Below, piece by piece: positions 1-12,145 of a DNA stretch of 64,000 bases. The notes beneath the pieces were generated by a model. It saw nothing but the letters and a program-made list of their open reading frames with translations, searched no databases and had not been told where the DNA came from. Made by a program: the position numbers and the translations under genes. How positions within the stretch are numbered: position 1 is the first letter of the stretch; each line of letters opens with the position of its first letter. Source of the DNA: Azolla caroliniana (lineage: Eukaryota; Plantae; Polypodiophyta). The stretch covers positions 13,082,001-13,146,000 of the forward strand of contig JBHGNT010000010.1 of NCBI GenBank assembly GCA_043228905.1. Direction: 5' to 3'.

Positions 1-1346
1 AGAGGAACCTACCACGGATCCGGTGTTGCAGGACACGATGGAAAAGGAATAACATGTATCCTTAAAGAAGGAAAAAATAAATAAATAAAATCCCTCATGC
101 AGGGTGAGGAGTAAATATGTGGCGAATGCATGAGGAGAAGAAAAACAAAAAAGAAAGAAAGAAAGAAAGAAAAGAGTGGGAATAATAAATGAACGGACAC
201 CACGAAACGGTGTGACGTCAGACATTTAAAGCACACCACACGGCGTACAACTTCTATAATAGTACATGGCGTGCATGTGCGGGAATCAAGAAAAGGTGGC
301 AAAGATGGGAACACAAAACTTTTGCGTTAGAGAGTCTCTCTCATTCCACGAACAAAGAGCACTTAGCACACAGAAGCGGATACAGGAGATCAGGCAAACG
401 CAAGAAGCTACCGCAGGCACCCCAAAGCTTACTACCACCACCGAAGCAGAAGACACACTGGAGCCCATGGCACTCTCCGAGACTGCCAAGAAATGGTTTA
501 CACAACATGGATTGGAGGGTTTTCTCCGGATAGCAAAAGCACCTCCCCACGACGAACCAGAAAAGGTCGCAAAGAAGATCGACTTGGAGGAAATAACAGA
601 GGAACGCCAACACGAACAACCATAAGGTGGAAGTGGCAAAGAGTAGCACGACAAAGGCAATGCCAAACTACAAAATTCATCCACACTCGTTTTAGAGACT
701 TGGGCATTAATCGATGTAAGACCCAAGCGAAAGACGATGGCAGCGAGGAAGCAAGGGTTAAAGCCAATGTGTGCAACAAGGAAGTAAAGCAAAGCAAAAT
801 GACGAAAGTCCATGTGTGCAACAAAGAGGTCAAGCAAAGCATGAAGACAAAAGCAAATGTGTGTGACAAAGAGACCAAGAAAACCTCAAAAAGCAAAGAT
901 GTGGGCCAAGTGGGCCAAGCGAATACGAAAGATGTGATCACAAAATCTGACAAGGATAATACTAGCTTAGAAGTCATGGTCAATTCCAACACAATAGTAT
1001 ACCAAGAAAGTGGACAAAGTGGGAAACATACGGTGTGGTCACTTAAGCACCTAGAGGAGAGCATGACGCTAAATAATAAATCGCTAAGAGTACTCAACCA
1101 TAGCATTTCGATAAGGCCTTCGAAAGGCATGCATGGAACAAGAAAGTTTGATGACCAAGGAGATGGCCGAGATGAAGGTGGCACATGCATAAGGAGTGAA
1201 GCATTATGCTCAAGAGGAGCAAAGAGAGCCATGACAACCGGTCATGGAAATGCAAATAGCGAACGAAGAAAAAGTAAAGTAATCAAAAGAGGAGCCTCAC
1301 CAAAATTGGCACATACTGGTGGATGTGCAGGTTTGGTGGGGGTGAA
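1..1346 (+). mobile_element. 3' internal region of a Ty3/gypsy-related LTR element with decayed accessory ORF(s), ending in a PPT
   Basis: 1305-1346 (TTGGCACATACTGGTGGATG...GGTGGGGGTGAA|TGTCGTG) matches the pre-LTR/PPT sequence of the gypsy element at 44117-44156. ORFs 266-625 and 493-1356 show no pol motifs. Confidence 0.6.
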
Positions 1347-1575
1347 TGTCGTGTGAATCTTCTCATACTATGTAAATAAATAAATAATAAAATAAGTACT
1401 TTATATTAGCTTAATGGCATGTTATAGAAAGATGGATGTTTGAGAAAATAGGGAAAATAGAACTATGATTTATCCCACATAGATAGGAAACTTAAGGCTC
1501 TGGCTATATAAGAACCTTGAGATCCCTCATTTTTCATTTGTGCTAAGAGCACTTTGGCCACTTTGTCTTGAAGGA
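1347..1575 (+). repeat. Partial 3' LTR (start TGTCGTG; right boundary uncertain)
   Basis: TGTCGTG directly after the PPT, same start as the LTRs at 31581, 33513 and 44157. TATA-like CTATATAAG near 1505. Confidence 0.5.
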
Positions 1576-1595
1576 TGATGGTGGACAAGTTTCCC

Positions 1596-1780
1596 AAAAC
1601 CGGAAACCGGTCGGTAAGCAAAACTGGAAACTGGTCGGTAAGCAAAACCGGACCCGGGCCAATAAGCAAAATTGGAAACCGGCCGTTAAGCAAAATTGGA
1701 ACTGGGCCGGTAAGCAAAATCGGGAACCGGCCGATAAGTAAAACTAAAACGCGGCTTGTAAGCAAAACCGGGAACCGGAC
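1596..1780 (+). repeat. 24-bp tandem repeat (AAAACCGGAAACCGGTCGGTAAGC), about 7.5 copies
   Basis: Directly visible periodic units; produces the spurious 8-aa repeat ORFs 1575-1838 and 1463-1990. Confidence 0.9.
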
Positions 1781-2018
1781 GAGGCTGGACGCAAACCGAA
1801 TGGATAAAAGGATCATGTGGCTAATTAAAGAAAGGTAAAAGAGACTAAAGTAGAGGCCATGTGCATGCATGCAACAAAAGTGGAAAAGCATACAAAGGAA
1901 TGGAAAAAAAAACAAACTAAAGTCCTTCATGCAAAGGGATGGGTGAGAGACAAAAAGGAAGAATCTCAAATCTTGGAGGCGATCGATCACTCATAATTCC
2001 AATTTCTCCATACAAGAA

Positions 2019-2129
2019 GGAAGGTATTTCGGAAGTAAACCATAATTTCCTTACGGAAGCCATATCTTAGTGATAACCCTAAATTACGGAAGGTATCACG
2101 GAAGTAAACCATAATTTCCTTACGTAAAC
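2019..2129 (+). repeat. Direct duplication of GGAAGGTAT..CGGAAGTAAACCATAATTTCCTTACG (69-bp offset)
   Basis: Copies start at 2019 and 2088. Confidence 0.8.
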
Positions 2130-2156
2130 CACAACGATCCGCCGAAAGACACTTGG

Positions 2157-5100
2157 TCATTCCATCTGCGACATTATCGGTTGTGGATATCTTCTCCAGA
2201 CCAATTTTCCCTTAAATGACGCAGTCCCGAACGAAGTGATATAGAACGTCGATATGTTTAGAGGTGTTGTGGTGAACCAGATTTTTTGACAAAGCAACAG
2301 CACCCTAACTGTCGATGTACACAATTCGAGCCAAGTCAGAGTCGACCTGTCGAAACGTGTGCGCCAGCTGACCGAGCCATAAAGCTTCTTTTGCCGCGTC
2401 GAACACGCTACATATTCCGTTTCGGTCGTTGAGGTGGCTGTGCACTCCTGAAGTTTTGACTTCCACGAGATTGCTCCATTGCCGAATTTGAAATAGTATC
2501 CGGTTGTTGATTTCCGACTGTCCACACAGCCGACAAAGTCCGAGTCAGTGTAACCGACTACGCCTAATGTTGAGTTCAGGCCGAAAAAAATGCCATGGTC
2601 TTTTGTGCCAGCTAGATATCTGAACACATGCTTGACTACGTTGCAGTGCGATCGGCCGGGGTTGTGCATGAATCTGATGACGACTCCTACGACATGAGAA
2701 ATATCAGGTCGTGTCGCGACCATCGTGTACATGAGGGAGTCGACTACCGATGCATACGGTACCGACTTCATATCTTCCCCCTTCGGACCGGATGTCGGAC
2801 AGTCTCGCTAAGACAGCCGAAGATTAATGGGGAGCGGGGTCGAAGCAGACTTGGCTGATTGCATGTTGAAGCGTTCTAAGGCACGTCCCATGTAGTCGGT
2901 TTGAGACAAGAAAAGTTGTCAGGTATCACGATACCGACTAATCTTCATACCAAGTATGTGTCTTGCCGAACCGAGGTCCTTCATGGCCAACTTCAACCGC
3001 TATTGCCGAACGAGTTCGGTGAGCTCTCCGGCATGCCGATCGGAGAGTAGCATTTCGTCCACGTAGATGATGAGGAAGACGGGAGACCCAACTTGAGCTA
3101 TTTTGGTGAAGAGACAGTGGTCCTCATCGCTCTTTGAGAAGCCAACCGATTGGATGAAGTCGTCGAACTTCTTGTACCACTGTCGGCGTGCCTATTTCAG
3201 GCCATAGAAACTCTTCTTGAGTCAGCAGACTAAATGTTCCTGGTTGGATGCCACAAAGCCTTTCGGCTACTCCCTATGGATTTCCTCCTGTAGGTCACCG
3301 TGGAGGAATGTCGTTTTTACATCTAGTAGAATCAGCTCCAACTTGTCGGCGGCCACGACGCTGAGCATGAAACGAAGGGTCGTCATTTTCACCACTGGTA
3401 AAAAGATTTCATCGAAGTCGATGCCATATTCTTGTCGAAATCCCTTCGCAACTAATCTGGCCTTGTACATTGGGGTGGTCGAGTCGGACGTCTCTTTTAG
3501 TCGATAGACCCACTTACACGGAAGAGCACGTTGATTCTTCTGTAATTCGACCTAGTCCCAAGTCTTGTTTGCCCGAATGGAGTGCATTTCCGACTCCATC
3601 ACCAAATGCCATGTGGCTGAATCGGTAGATGTCAATGCTTATTTGTAAGATGTCCGTTCGCCGACGTCGGTTAAGAAAATTCCGGGAGAGTACCTTTCCG
3701 GAGGTTGCGACAGTCTCTCGGATCTATGAGGTATGACTGGACTAGTCGTATCGGGTGTCAATGTTCGATGGTCGGGTGCCGAGCCATTTGGCTGTGCCGA
3801 ATCGGTGGATTCGGTGCGAGAGTTGACGGTTACCCGTGAAACCAATCTCGTGTTGTGGATTGGGCCGTCATGAAGGGTTGGCACTTGGGAAAATATCACC
3901 CTTGGGACTTCAATAAGCCTTTCGGCCGTTTTATGCATAGCCAACTCGTTTAACACGACGTCCGAACTTCGGACGATTTGTCTGTGCTCGGGGTCCTAGA
4001 GTCGGTATCTGATCTCGCCATCGGGTCCATATCCAAGAAAAACACATTTCCTTGACCTTGGTTCGAGTTTCCGGCCGTCGTCTTTCGGTATGACAGCATA
4101 CGCCTCGCAACCGAAGATCCTCAGTTTATCATAATTCGGCTTACTACCGGTTCATATTTCCTGAGGTATTTGAAGTCCTAGAGGTCTACTTGGCGACATA
4201 TTTATTATGTGTATTGTTCTGCATGTGGGCAATTCCGTTCTGCTCCGGACTATAGGGTGCCGTATATTCACGTCGGATGCCGCGTTCCTAGTAGAATTTG
4301 ACGAATTCTTCAGACTTGAATTCTCCTCCATTGTCGGTTCGGAGACATTTCAGTTTCTGACCGGTCTGATGTTCGACCATTGCAAGCCATTCAGAGAAGA
4401 TCGAGAACACCCGATCTTTGGTTCTGATGGGGTAAGCCCACACCTTCCGAGTCGAGTCATCAATAAAACTGATGAAGTACGAAGCACTGCCGAGAGACTG
4501 ATGTGGCATCGGGCCACAGACGTCCGAGTGGACCAAATCGAGGGGACTCGATTCTCTTGGTGCTGATGTCAGGTGTGATGTGGCTACCTATTTGCCGTAC
4601 TGGCAATGCTCACAGAATTGGTGATCCGAGAAGGAGAGTTTGGGGATGTAACCAGCTCTGGATAGGTGCGTTATGCCAGCCTTGCTGAGGTGTCCAAGTC
4701 GTCTGTGCCATAACGATGACACGGGGATATCAACCAAAAATAAGTCACCCTCTTTGAGTGTGGCATATAAAGGATACAAGGAATGTACCTTTGGTCCTCG
4801 AGCAAGCAGGAGGTTCCCTTTGTGGAGTGTCCACCCTCCTGATGAGAATCCGGCACGGATGCGGGCTTCGTCAAGTTGTGCAACTGAGATCAAGGGTCTT
4901 GAAAGCTCAAGAACGTGTTGGATGTTGTGTAGTACGAGTGTAGAGCCTCCCGGAAGATTGAGCTCTACGGTGCCGATTCCGATTATAGCACACTGCTGCG
5001 AATTTCCGACTCGAACTGAGTCGGAGTGCCAGTCCGAGTATTGCCGAAACTGAGATTGGTGAGGTGTCACATGATATGATGCGCCCGAGTCCAGGAGCCA

Positions 5101-6024
5101 TGTGCTCGATTCCTAAGTCGTAAGTAGAACTTCTAATTCGACTAGGTTCTCTAAGGACAGTATGTTCGGGTCGATCGTCAAAATTTCGGCTGAAGAGCCG
5201 ACATAGTTGACCTCCTCATGCCGACTACTCTTTTGATCTGCTCTCTGAGCTTTGTCGGTTTTTGCTTTGAGTGCCTGGCAGTCGTCTTTGATGTGTCCCA
5301 GTTTCTTGCAATAGTTGCAGATTCGGTTGTCCCGGGACTTGCTCCGGCTTCGCTGATTGTTCGGTGGTCGGGAAGAACTTCTTCCCCAGTTGTTCGATCG
5401 GTCGGTCGAACCTTGTACTACGTAAGCTTCATCTGCCGAGTCTTTGGCGAAAGACTTTCTCCGAGTTGCTTCAGTCAGGATTGCGCTCGTGACTTCGGAG
5501 TACTTAACGACAGCTGTTGAAGCATTGCACACGGTTGTAACGAAAGTTTCCCATGAAGAGGGGAGACTACTCATGAATATCATTGCTCTGAGTTCATCCT
5601 CGATTGTCGTCCCCTAAGACGAGATTTGGGAGCTTATGCTTTCGTACTCGTTGAGGTGTGCCTGAACCGAATCGGATTCTTTCATCCACAAGTTGTAGAG
5701 GCGCCGGATCAGATAAATCTTCGTTGCGGCAACCTTCTTTTCAAAAGTTTCCGACAATGTTTTCCAAAGTTCAAATGTTGTCGTGCATGATTGCACTGTG
5801 AAGTACACTGACTCCGACAAGTGCATCCAAATCGTGGCGCGGATGATTCTGTCCAGCTTTAGCTACTCCTTTGCCTTGTATGCTTCTGGAGGATTTTCAT
5901 TCTCAATCGGGTCTATCTGACCCTTGACTATGAGATAGACCTGCATTTGTTCCTTCCAAAAGTTGAAGTTCGAACCGTCGAACCTCCTTAGACTCATCTC
6001 CGATGAGCCGGATGTTGATGCCAT
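2157..6024 (-). pseudogene. Copia gag-pol polyprotein with many stops and frameshifts
   Basis: Gag zinc knuckle CNYCKKLGHIKDDC, LWHRRLGH, integrase VHSDVCGP...[30 protein letters not shown], RNase H YTDSDF...STTGY. Confidence 0.9.
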
Positions 6025-6705
6025 CTGCTTCAGTTTCGGTTGGTAAGACTCGGTTCGGAGTTGACTATGAACCTTAGTGGGGTGCAGCTGGTCGGCTCAC
6101 CCGATATTGTTATAGTCGGTTTTGAACCCGAGTCGGTTTGGTTTCGGATACTTGTTGCTGAACTTGCTCGGAGTGACTCTGGTAACTTGAGGGACAGAAC
6201 CGGCTGGTCTTCCCGAATGTTGCCGAGTCGGAGTGAGCCCGGTTAGCTTCCGATTGTATGCCGAATACCGATTACACGAAACCAATTGTTTGGGCCGATT
6301 CTGCTTCGGATGACTGCAGTGATGAGAGGGATGGATCCCACTGATCCTCCCGAATGTCGATCAGCCGAGTGAAGCACGAAGTGGTTGTTGCCAGGAGACC
6401 AATCTGCAGTGGGTGGTTACAGCAAGCGGGTGAATAGCGTCTGGTGACCTATTCGGATGTTGTTTAACTGAATGAAGCACGATTGGGTCGGTTGTTGCTC
6501 AAGGAGCTCCCCTCAAGCGGTTACAATCACAGGAACAGAGTACAACCGACTGGCTTACTCCAATTTGTGATTTAACACAGTGAGATGCGAGCTTTTTGTT
6601 TTTCTTCTCCCTTCTCTGTTCTTCAAAGAAAACGAAAACAGAATGTTGTGTTGTGCGATGATGGCCGGCAGCGGGTTGAAGAACCTCCAACGCTCTGATA
6701 CCAAA

Positions 6706-7002
6706 TGTTGGGGACAAGGCCGTCAATGCAGAAGTGCAAGCAACATTCGTGATGAAGAAGAACCTGTGTATGCATGAGCAAGATAGACACAAAGGGAGAG
6801 AGAGAGAGAGGCACAAAGGAAACGTTATATTCCAATAGCAACTGTTACAAATGACAACCAACCTTCACTAAAGGTTACAAAGTCACTTTATATAGTGACT
6901 ATCCTAGGGCAACTGCCCTTTATGCTATTTACAGAAATAGCCCGAACTTGGGCTGCCCGAAGGGACAATGTGAATACGGCCATTATACACTCGTATTCAA
7001 CA
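6706..7002 (-). repeat. 5' LTR of decayed copia element
   Basis: TGTTG/CAACA termini, adjacent to PBS TGGTATCAGAGC (minus strand). Confidence 0.8.
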
Positions 7003-7730
7003 CCTTCTTCAAAGTGCGTTGATAGCGAAGAACTATTTCAACGGTCTCTTCGAAGGATTTTGTATCCTTATCGTGCACTATCCAGTGATAGTCCGAATTG
7101 GGGATGCCATTGACAAAACAAGTTATTAACCAATTGTCCCCTTCTAGACCCGACTTTTGGATTTGGGTTCTAGCATGGTGAACATAGTCTTCTAGCGAAG
7201 AAAACTTCCTGCTAGAGAGGTTCATTAAAGCTTGTGCTGCCTCAGTTTGAGAGGGAGGTTGTAGAAATTGGCCCTTAAAAACTATGACAAAATCTGTCCA
7301 GGTATCGGGTAATTTCTCCAAAGTTCGGAGCCCACGCCACCAAGCGGCGGCCTTACCCCCTAGTTCTCACCCGACATATGCAATCTTTGTACTATCGGGT
7401 GTGGGATAGAGCTCAAAATGAGACTCCCATCAGCCCAACCACGTGCAGATTGCTTCTTCAGTTCTTTCCTTTTTTTCTCCCGTAATGGTTTAACAACAAA
7501 TGATGGTTCACCCTGTCGCTCATCAGTTCTATTAGTCTCACGTTGTAAACTAATGACACGTGCCTCGAGAGCACTTTGAGATTGCCGAAGTTCAGTCATC
7601 TGTTGAGCAGTGAAACTAAGGTATTGGCTTATTTGTGAAAAGTACATCTCAATGGACATTTGTCCAGGAGGATTTCCTTGAGTTCCTTCCGCTTGAGTGA
7701 ATGACATCGGGTTGTTATTTTGAGCCATTA
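7003..7730 (-). pseudogene. Gypsy gag fragment, frameshifted and cut by copia insertion
   Basis: ORFs 7360-7818 and 6983-7321; the reading frame runs into the copia LTR start at 7002. Confidence 0.7.
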
Positions 7731-8168
7731 AATGATTATTTCTGGCAAACAAATAGGATAAGGTCAAACAAATAGTCATAACATCATGTCGTGATGTAAA
7801 CATATCATGGGCAAACATTAATCGATATCATGATCTCACGTCAATACCCCTCTAGACGTATAAGATGAGGTTCAAGATCAGGTTACTATGGTAACACAAA
7901 GGTGTTTTAAAAACCATGGGGGTGACAAATTAATGTCTTTCCCTTATCTCTATATCGATTTTTTCATGGCGGCTCCCCGAGGCTCAACCATCTCTGATCA
8001 CATCATGAGTAGTTTATACACAGAAAAAATGTCAACAATAAACTATGTTTCTGTGCCCACATATGTGGTTTCGGCTCTTTAAGTCCTATTACGAGGACCC
8101 TGAAATGCACTTAGACCTCAGGTCTAAACATGTGTTATAGTAATATGTATCAACGATGTTGTATGGTC

Positions 8169-8228
8169 TTGGTCATATTTGAACTCGAGACCTCGAGAAC
8201 AAATGCATTAAACACTTGAGCCAACCAA
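8169..8228 (-). other. tRNA-derived (SINE-head-like) A/B-box module
   Basis: Minus strand TTGGTTGGCTCAAGTGTT...GAGGTCTCGAGTTCAAATATGACCAA: A-box-like TGGCTCAAGTG, B-box-like GAGTTCAAAT, and complementary ends. Confidence 0.45.
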
Positions 8229-8978
8229 GTAGGTTGCTCTTCTTGAATGTTTAATGCTTTATGCATATAAGAGATATGCGAGGCATTTTCCCATATATGT
8301 TTTTTTAAAAGAAACATATATGTCAAGAGTCCTTATTTCCCCCTCGTTTACTACAAAATATGTTGGTACGTTACCTAACCTCAAGTCTCGTAATTACGAT
8401 GGCATACGCCAAAGTGCAACCTAATGGTCAAGCCAAATGAGCCCTCTTTTCGTAGTAGGCCCATGTGGCCCATCACATGGTTACGTCATTACGAATGCCT
8501 CTTGTAAGAATGATCTCATGGTGGCATTGTATCCATGTAACGAGGGAGGGATGTTGGATATGTGTGTCATAGGAGATCTCACATGAAGTGGGTCAAGCAA
8601 GCCCTACGTTCTCAACATCATTGTGTCTATAGGCATTTCTTTACATAATAAAATCGAAGTCACCAACAGGAATGTCAACAATAAAAATTTGTTGAAAAAA
8701 GGGATGGTGACAACGCCATTCTCACAAAAATGTGAGGATAGCCACCAAGATCCTTTCCTTGAAAAGGAAATCATTCGATATAAAGATCACGTAATATCAA
8801 ATATACACATATGTTTATTTATCACATATATACGATCAAATACGTATACACGTGACCACATATGCGTATATTTAAAAAAAGTCATAACATCAAATAGCCA
8901 ACATATGATGAAATCGAGACACGTAATCGAGGCATGTAGTTCCTACGCACACGAAACATCCAAAAATAAGGGTTAATC

Positions 8979-9186
8979 GTAATACGCAATTGAGGTATTG
9001 ACCTCATATGCATACGATACCAAACGCATATCATTTACAACGAAATCGAGGTATTGGCCTCATACACATACGTAACATATGTATGTGAGCGTAATACACA
9101 ATTGAGGTATTAACCTCATGCGCATACGACACTAATCACATATTCAATATATGTCAAATGAGGTATTTACCTCATACACATATGTA
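8979..9186. repeat. 56-bp-period array of palindromic TGAGGTATTnACCTCA units
   Basis: Units start at 8991, 9047, 9103 and 9159. Confidence 0.85.
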
Positions 9187-9224
9187 AACGTTTTATACAA
9201 CCAATTAATTACCACTTCAACATC

Positions 9225-9230
<6 letters not shown>

Positions 9231-9260
<30 letters not shown>
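9231..9260. repeat. (TA)n microsatellite
   Basis: Directly visible. Confidence 0.95.
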
Positions 9261-9263
<3 letters not shown>

Positions 9264-9448
9264 TCATATTAACCATACACATGATTAAATTGGGAGAAGA
9301 AAGAATAGAAAAATTTACAAGAAAGATTACCGAAGTTCATTTGTTGATTGTTGTTTGGAACAAGGTCGACTGCACGTTGATCGATCGCCATCCATCAAGA
9401 ACACAAAACCAACAAAAGAAACATTAGAACATAGGCTTTGAAACCAAC

Positions 9449-9981
9449 TGTTAGAGACATGAACTAATGTAAGCATTAGATAAGGATAGAATATAGATAG
9501 ATAGATAGATAGAAAGGAGAGAGAGAAAGAAGGGTGTCAATCCACCCGACCACCCCCGAGCGAAGGGATCGAGACAGACTCGAGCCTCGATCGGCGTCCC
9601 ATACCACCGTCGTGGCGTCGAGTCGTACCTGGTGCTGGCGCGCTCGCTACAAGAGTTGACCCACCACAAGACAGAATCTCGACGTAGTCAATAAGATAAT
9701 CCAATGAGGGTAGTTAGGCCTCTTATTTATAGCGATACCCAAGGCCCCCAGGCAAGTTCACACTTGGCCTAATGGGTTGTCTCAATCCCGAGGATTAAAA
9801 GTAATCCTCCCCTTCTTTACACTCTCGTTTAACCCTCACACTTATCCATGTGTATAGAATACTACGGTAAATTCTCACAACGAGATATTATATGGTCATG
9901 CCCGTAACGGCCTCCTCTATCACCACTTGTGGATAGAGGCCCGATACTTGTCCACATATATGTGATGCGTACTTCATGACA
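9449..9981 (-). repeat. Gypsy 5' LTR
   Basis: TG...CA termini, adjacent degenerate PBS and TATA box; the TGTCATGA start is shared with LTRs at 48626 and 52177. Confidence 0.6.
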
Positions 9982-11993
9982 ATGGCTTAAGTTCATTGGG
10001 TCAGCATAAGTGTCTAATAGAAAGGATCTCTAATTGGGCAAATGTTGAAATTTCATCTATAATAATTAGATGTAAAGTTTTACTAAACTTTTGTATGTCT
10101 CATAAACACTTAACAATGTTTCTCTATCATTTCCATATTGCTCTTCTATGTACCTTACATGGATTTTATAGAAAACAATGTGCAAGTAAATTAAACAAGA
10201 TTGTTTTGCCAATAGCTTGGCAATTCATCTTGTGGTCTTCATTTCTTTCTTATCTACAAAAAACATTGAAACAATGTGCATCATTCAAATCAATGAATTA
10301 TCATGTGCTACACTCTTAATTAATTTATAGGTTGCATGAGAGAATTTCCCCAAAAGGAAGTTCCCCCTCAAGTCATGAGTCTTCACTTTGTCCAATATTA
10401 GTGTGTTGTTAAGTGGTTTCTCAGTTCCTTATCTTACATTAAGTTGTGAATTGTTGATGATTGTTAATCATTTTCGCTTGAAATCTACTATTTGAGAAAA
10501 TTAGAATCTCTTCAACATTTCTAATAATTGCATACTAATGCCAAATGGGCTCCTTTCAGCACTTATATTGGCATTTGAGAAAATTCCATTTTCATCAAAA
10601 ACGTGTCGAAGTTTTGCCAAAAAAGTTTCCAAATAAACCTCATTATTATCAACATTTTGGCCATTACACAAGTATTGTCGATGTCTCCAACACTTTCATG
10701 CCTATGAAAATTTGTGAAAATAATTTTTTGTCAAACTTTGTCACAAAAGTGTCCAGAGAAACCGCCCTACTATTGACACTACTAATGGAGAAATTTGGAC
10801 AACATACAAATACCTAGAATTTCAGCATTATAAGTGTTGGAATCTTCAAATTTCTAATGTTGGTGAAAAATTTGAGAAATTTCTTCGTGTCAAAACAGAC
10901 ATTCCTACATTATTTTCTGAATGCTGGAATTTCCCAAGTTACACAAATGCTTCAAATCTTGGCTTTAAAAGTGTTGGCATCTCCACAATAGTAATGTCAA
11001 AATCTTGCACACTTTAATGCCGATATTTTATTGCTTTGTAAAATTGAAAATACATGTGGAAAACCCATCGGCATTATTATGTCAATGGTTGTCCATAATT
11101 GATGACAATTTCAATGTTTATTGGTTGCTAAAGCTATTGAATTATTATGTCAATGATTTCCATTGTTTACGACAATTTTAATGTTTACATTTCCTGCATT
11201 CTCAAACTAACCTCAAGCCTTCAAGTGCATTACAATCTTGATCATGGGTACCTTACCTTTATCTCTAAAATTTACAGATTATACTTTTACTTAATTCATT
11301 AATGAGTTGTGGTTGAATTGCACATTTCACGATAACAAATCAAAACAAAAGAGACCTCATAAATATTGGCAATATGCTCCACAACAAAAGGAAAAGTGAA
11401 TGTTTTAAAAATTCCGTGGTTGAACTTTTTAGGAATGTCAACATGTTTGGCAAAAATGTTGTGGTGCCATAATGTTTTTGGAAAATATCGGCAATCCATC
11501 AATAATATGAATATTTCTAGTCCCCATCTCTAAGTGCTAAAATACTGACATTTACATAATGTCAAAATATTCAACACTTTTGGAGAAAAGCTGGAATCTT
11601 TGGCACGAGTCTAAGATTGCAAGTATTGTTTGGCAGAAATATTGAATTTTCGTACAACATATAAATGTCGATATTTTCAGAATGACCTTAAAGTAACATA
11701 TTTGGGGTTTCTTGTAGTCTTTTCTGGCATTCCATCGAAATATAGGGATACACACGTTTGGAACTACCGAAAGTAGCCTATTTTATAGTAATGCATCTAA
11801 CAACAAAATAATCATCACGATCACCACTATAAGTACCAAGTAAGACCAAGTTTCATGGGTAAAATGTTGCATAAGACCAAGTACCAAATCATTTTTTGTA
11901 AAAGGCCTACAAGAATACAAGAGAGAGGGGGGGGGGGGGGGGATAGATGAGGAGTGACAATTTGGAGATCACTTTTTCAAAAAATACATTCAC

Positions 11994-12145
11994 TGCTTAT
12001 TTCTTTGACATGACATATTGATAATATGTACATGCATATATATTCCAAGTAGTAGGTGCTGATTCACTCTTTGCTTATTTGTTTGACATGACATATTGAT
12101 AATACATACATATATATTCCAAGCATTAGGTGTGGATTCACTCTT
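11994..12145 (+). repeat. Tandem duplication, about 78-bp unit, 2 copies
   Basis: TGCTTATTT.TTTGACATGACATATTGATAATA...GATTCACTCTTT at 11994 and 12072. Confidence 0.85.

Larger units (their letters stand above)
2157..7002 (-). mobile_element. Decayed Ty1/copia LTR retrotransposon, 3'-truncated (no 3' LTR)
   Basis: 5' LTR 6706-7002 (TGTTG...CAACA), Met-tRNA PBS 6692-6703, copia domain order gag, PR, INT, RT, RH. It interrupts a gypsy gag at 7002/7003. Confidence 0.9.
7003..9981 (-). mobile_element. 5' half of a Ty3/gypsy element (LTR, long leader, gag fragment)
   Basis: Retrotransposon gag-like peptide (TWTDFVIVFKGQFL...SLEDYV) 7003-7730; degenerate Met PBS TGGTTTCAAAGCC 9434-9446; LTR 9449-9981 (TGTCATGA...TCTAACA on minus) with CTATAAATAAG TATA near 9722-9732. 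Confidence 0.7.

Noticed and set aside
8979-9186. True CRISPR array
   Set aside because: Eukaryotic retroelement context, no cas genes, degenerate repeats and mutually related spacers; kept only as a tandem palindrome array.
10480-11792. Possible decayed CACTA-type non-autonomous DNA transposon with TGCCAA/TGTCAA-rich subterminal motifs
   Set aside because: No matching terminal inverted repeats or TSD could be defined.
11926-11942. Poly-G run as a functional G-quadruplex
   Set aside because: Simple homopolymer in a microsatellite-rich genome; no supporting context.
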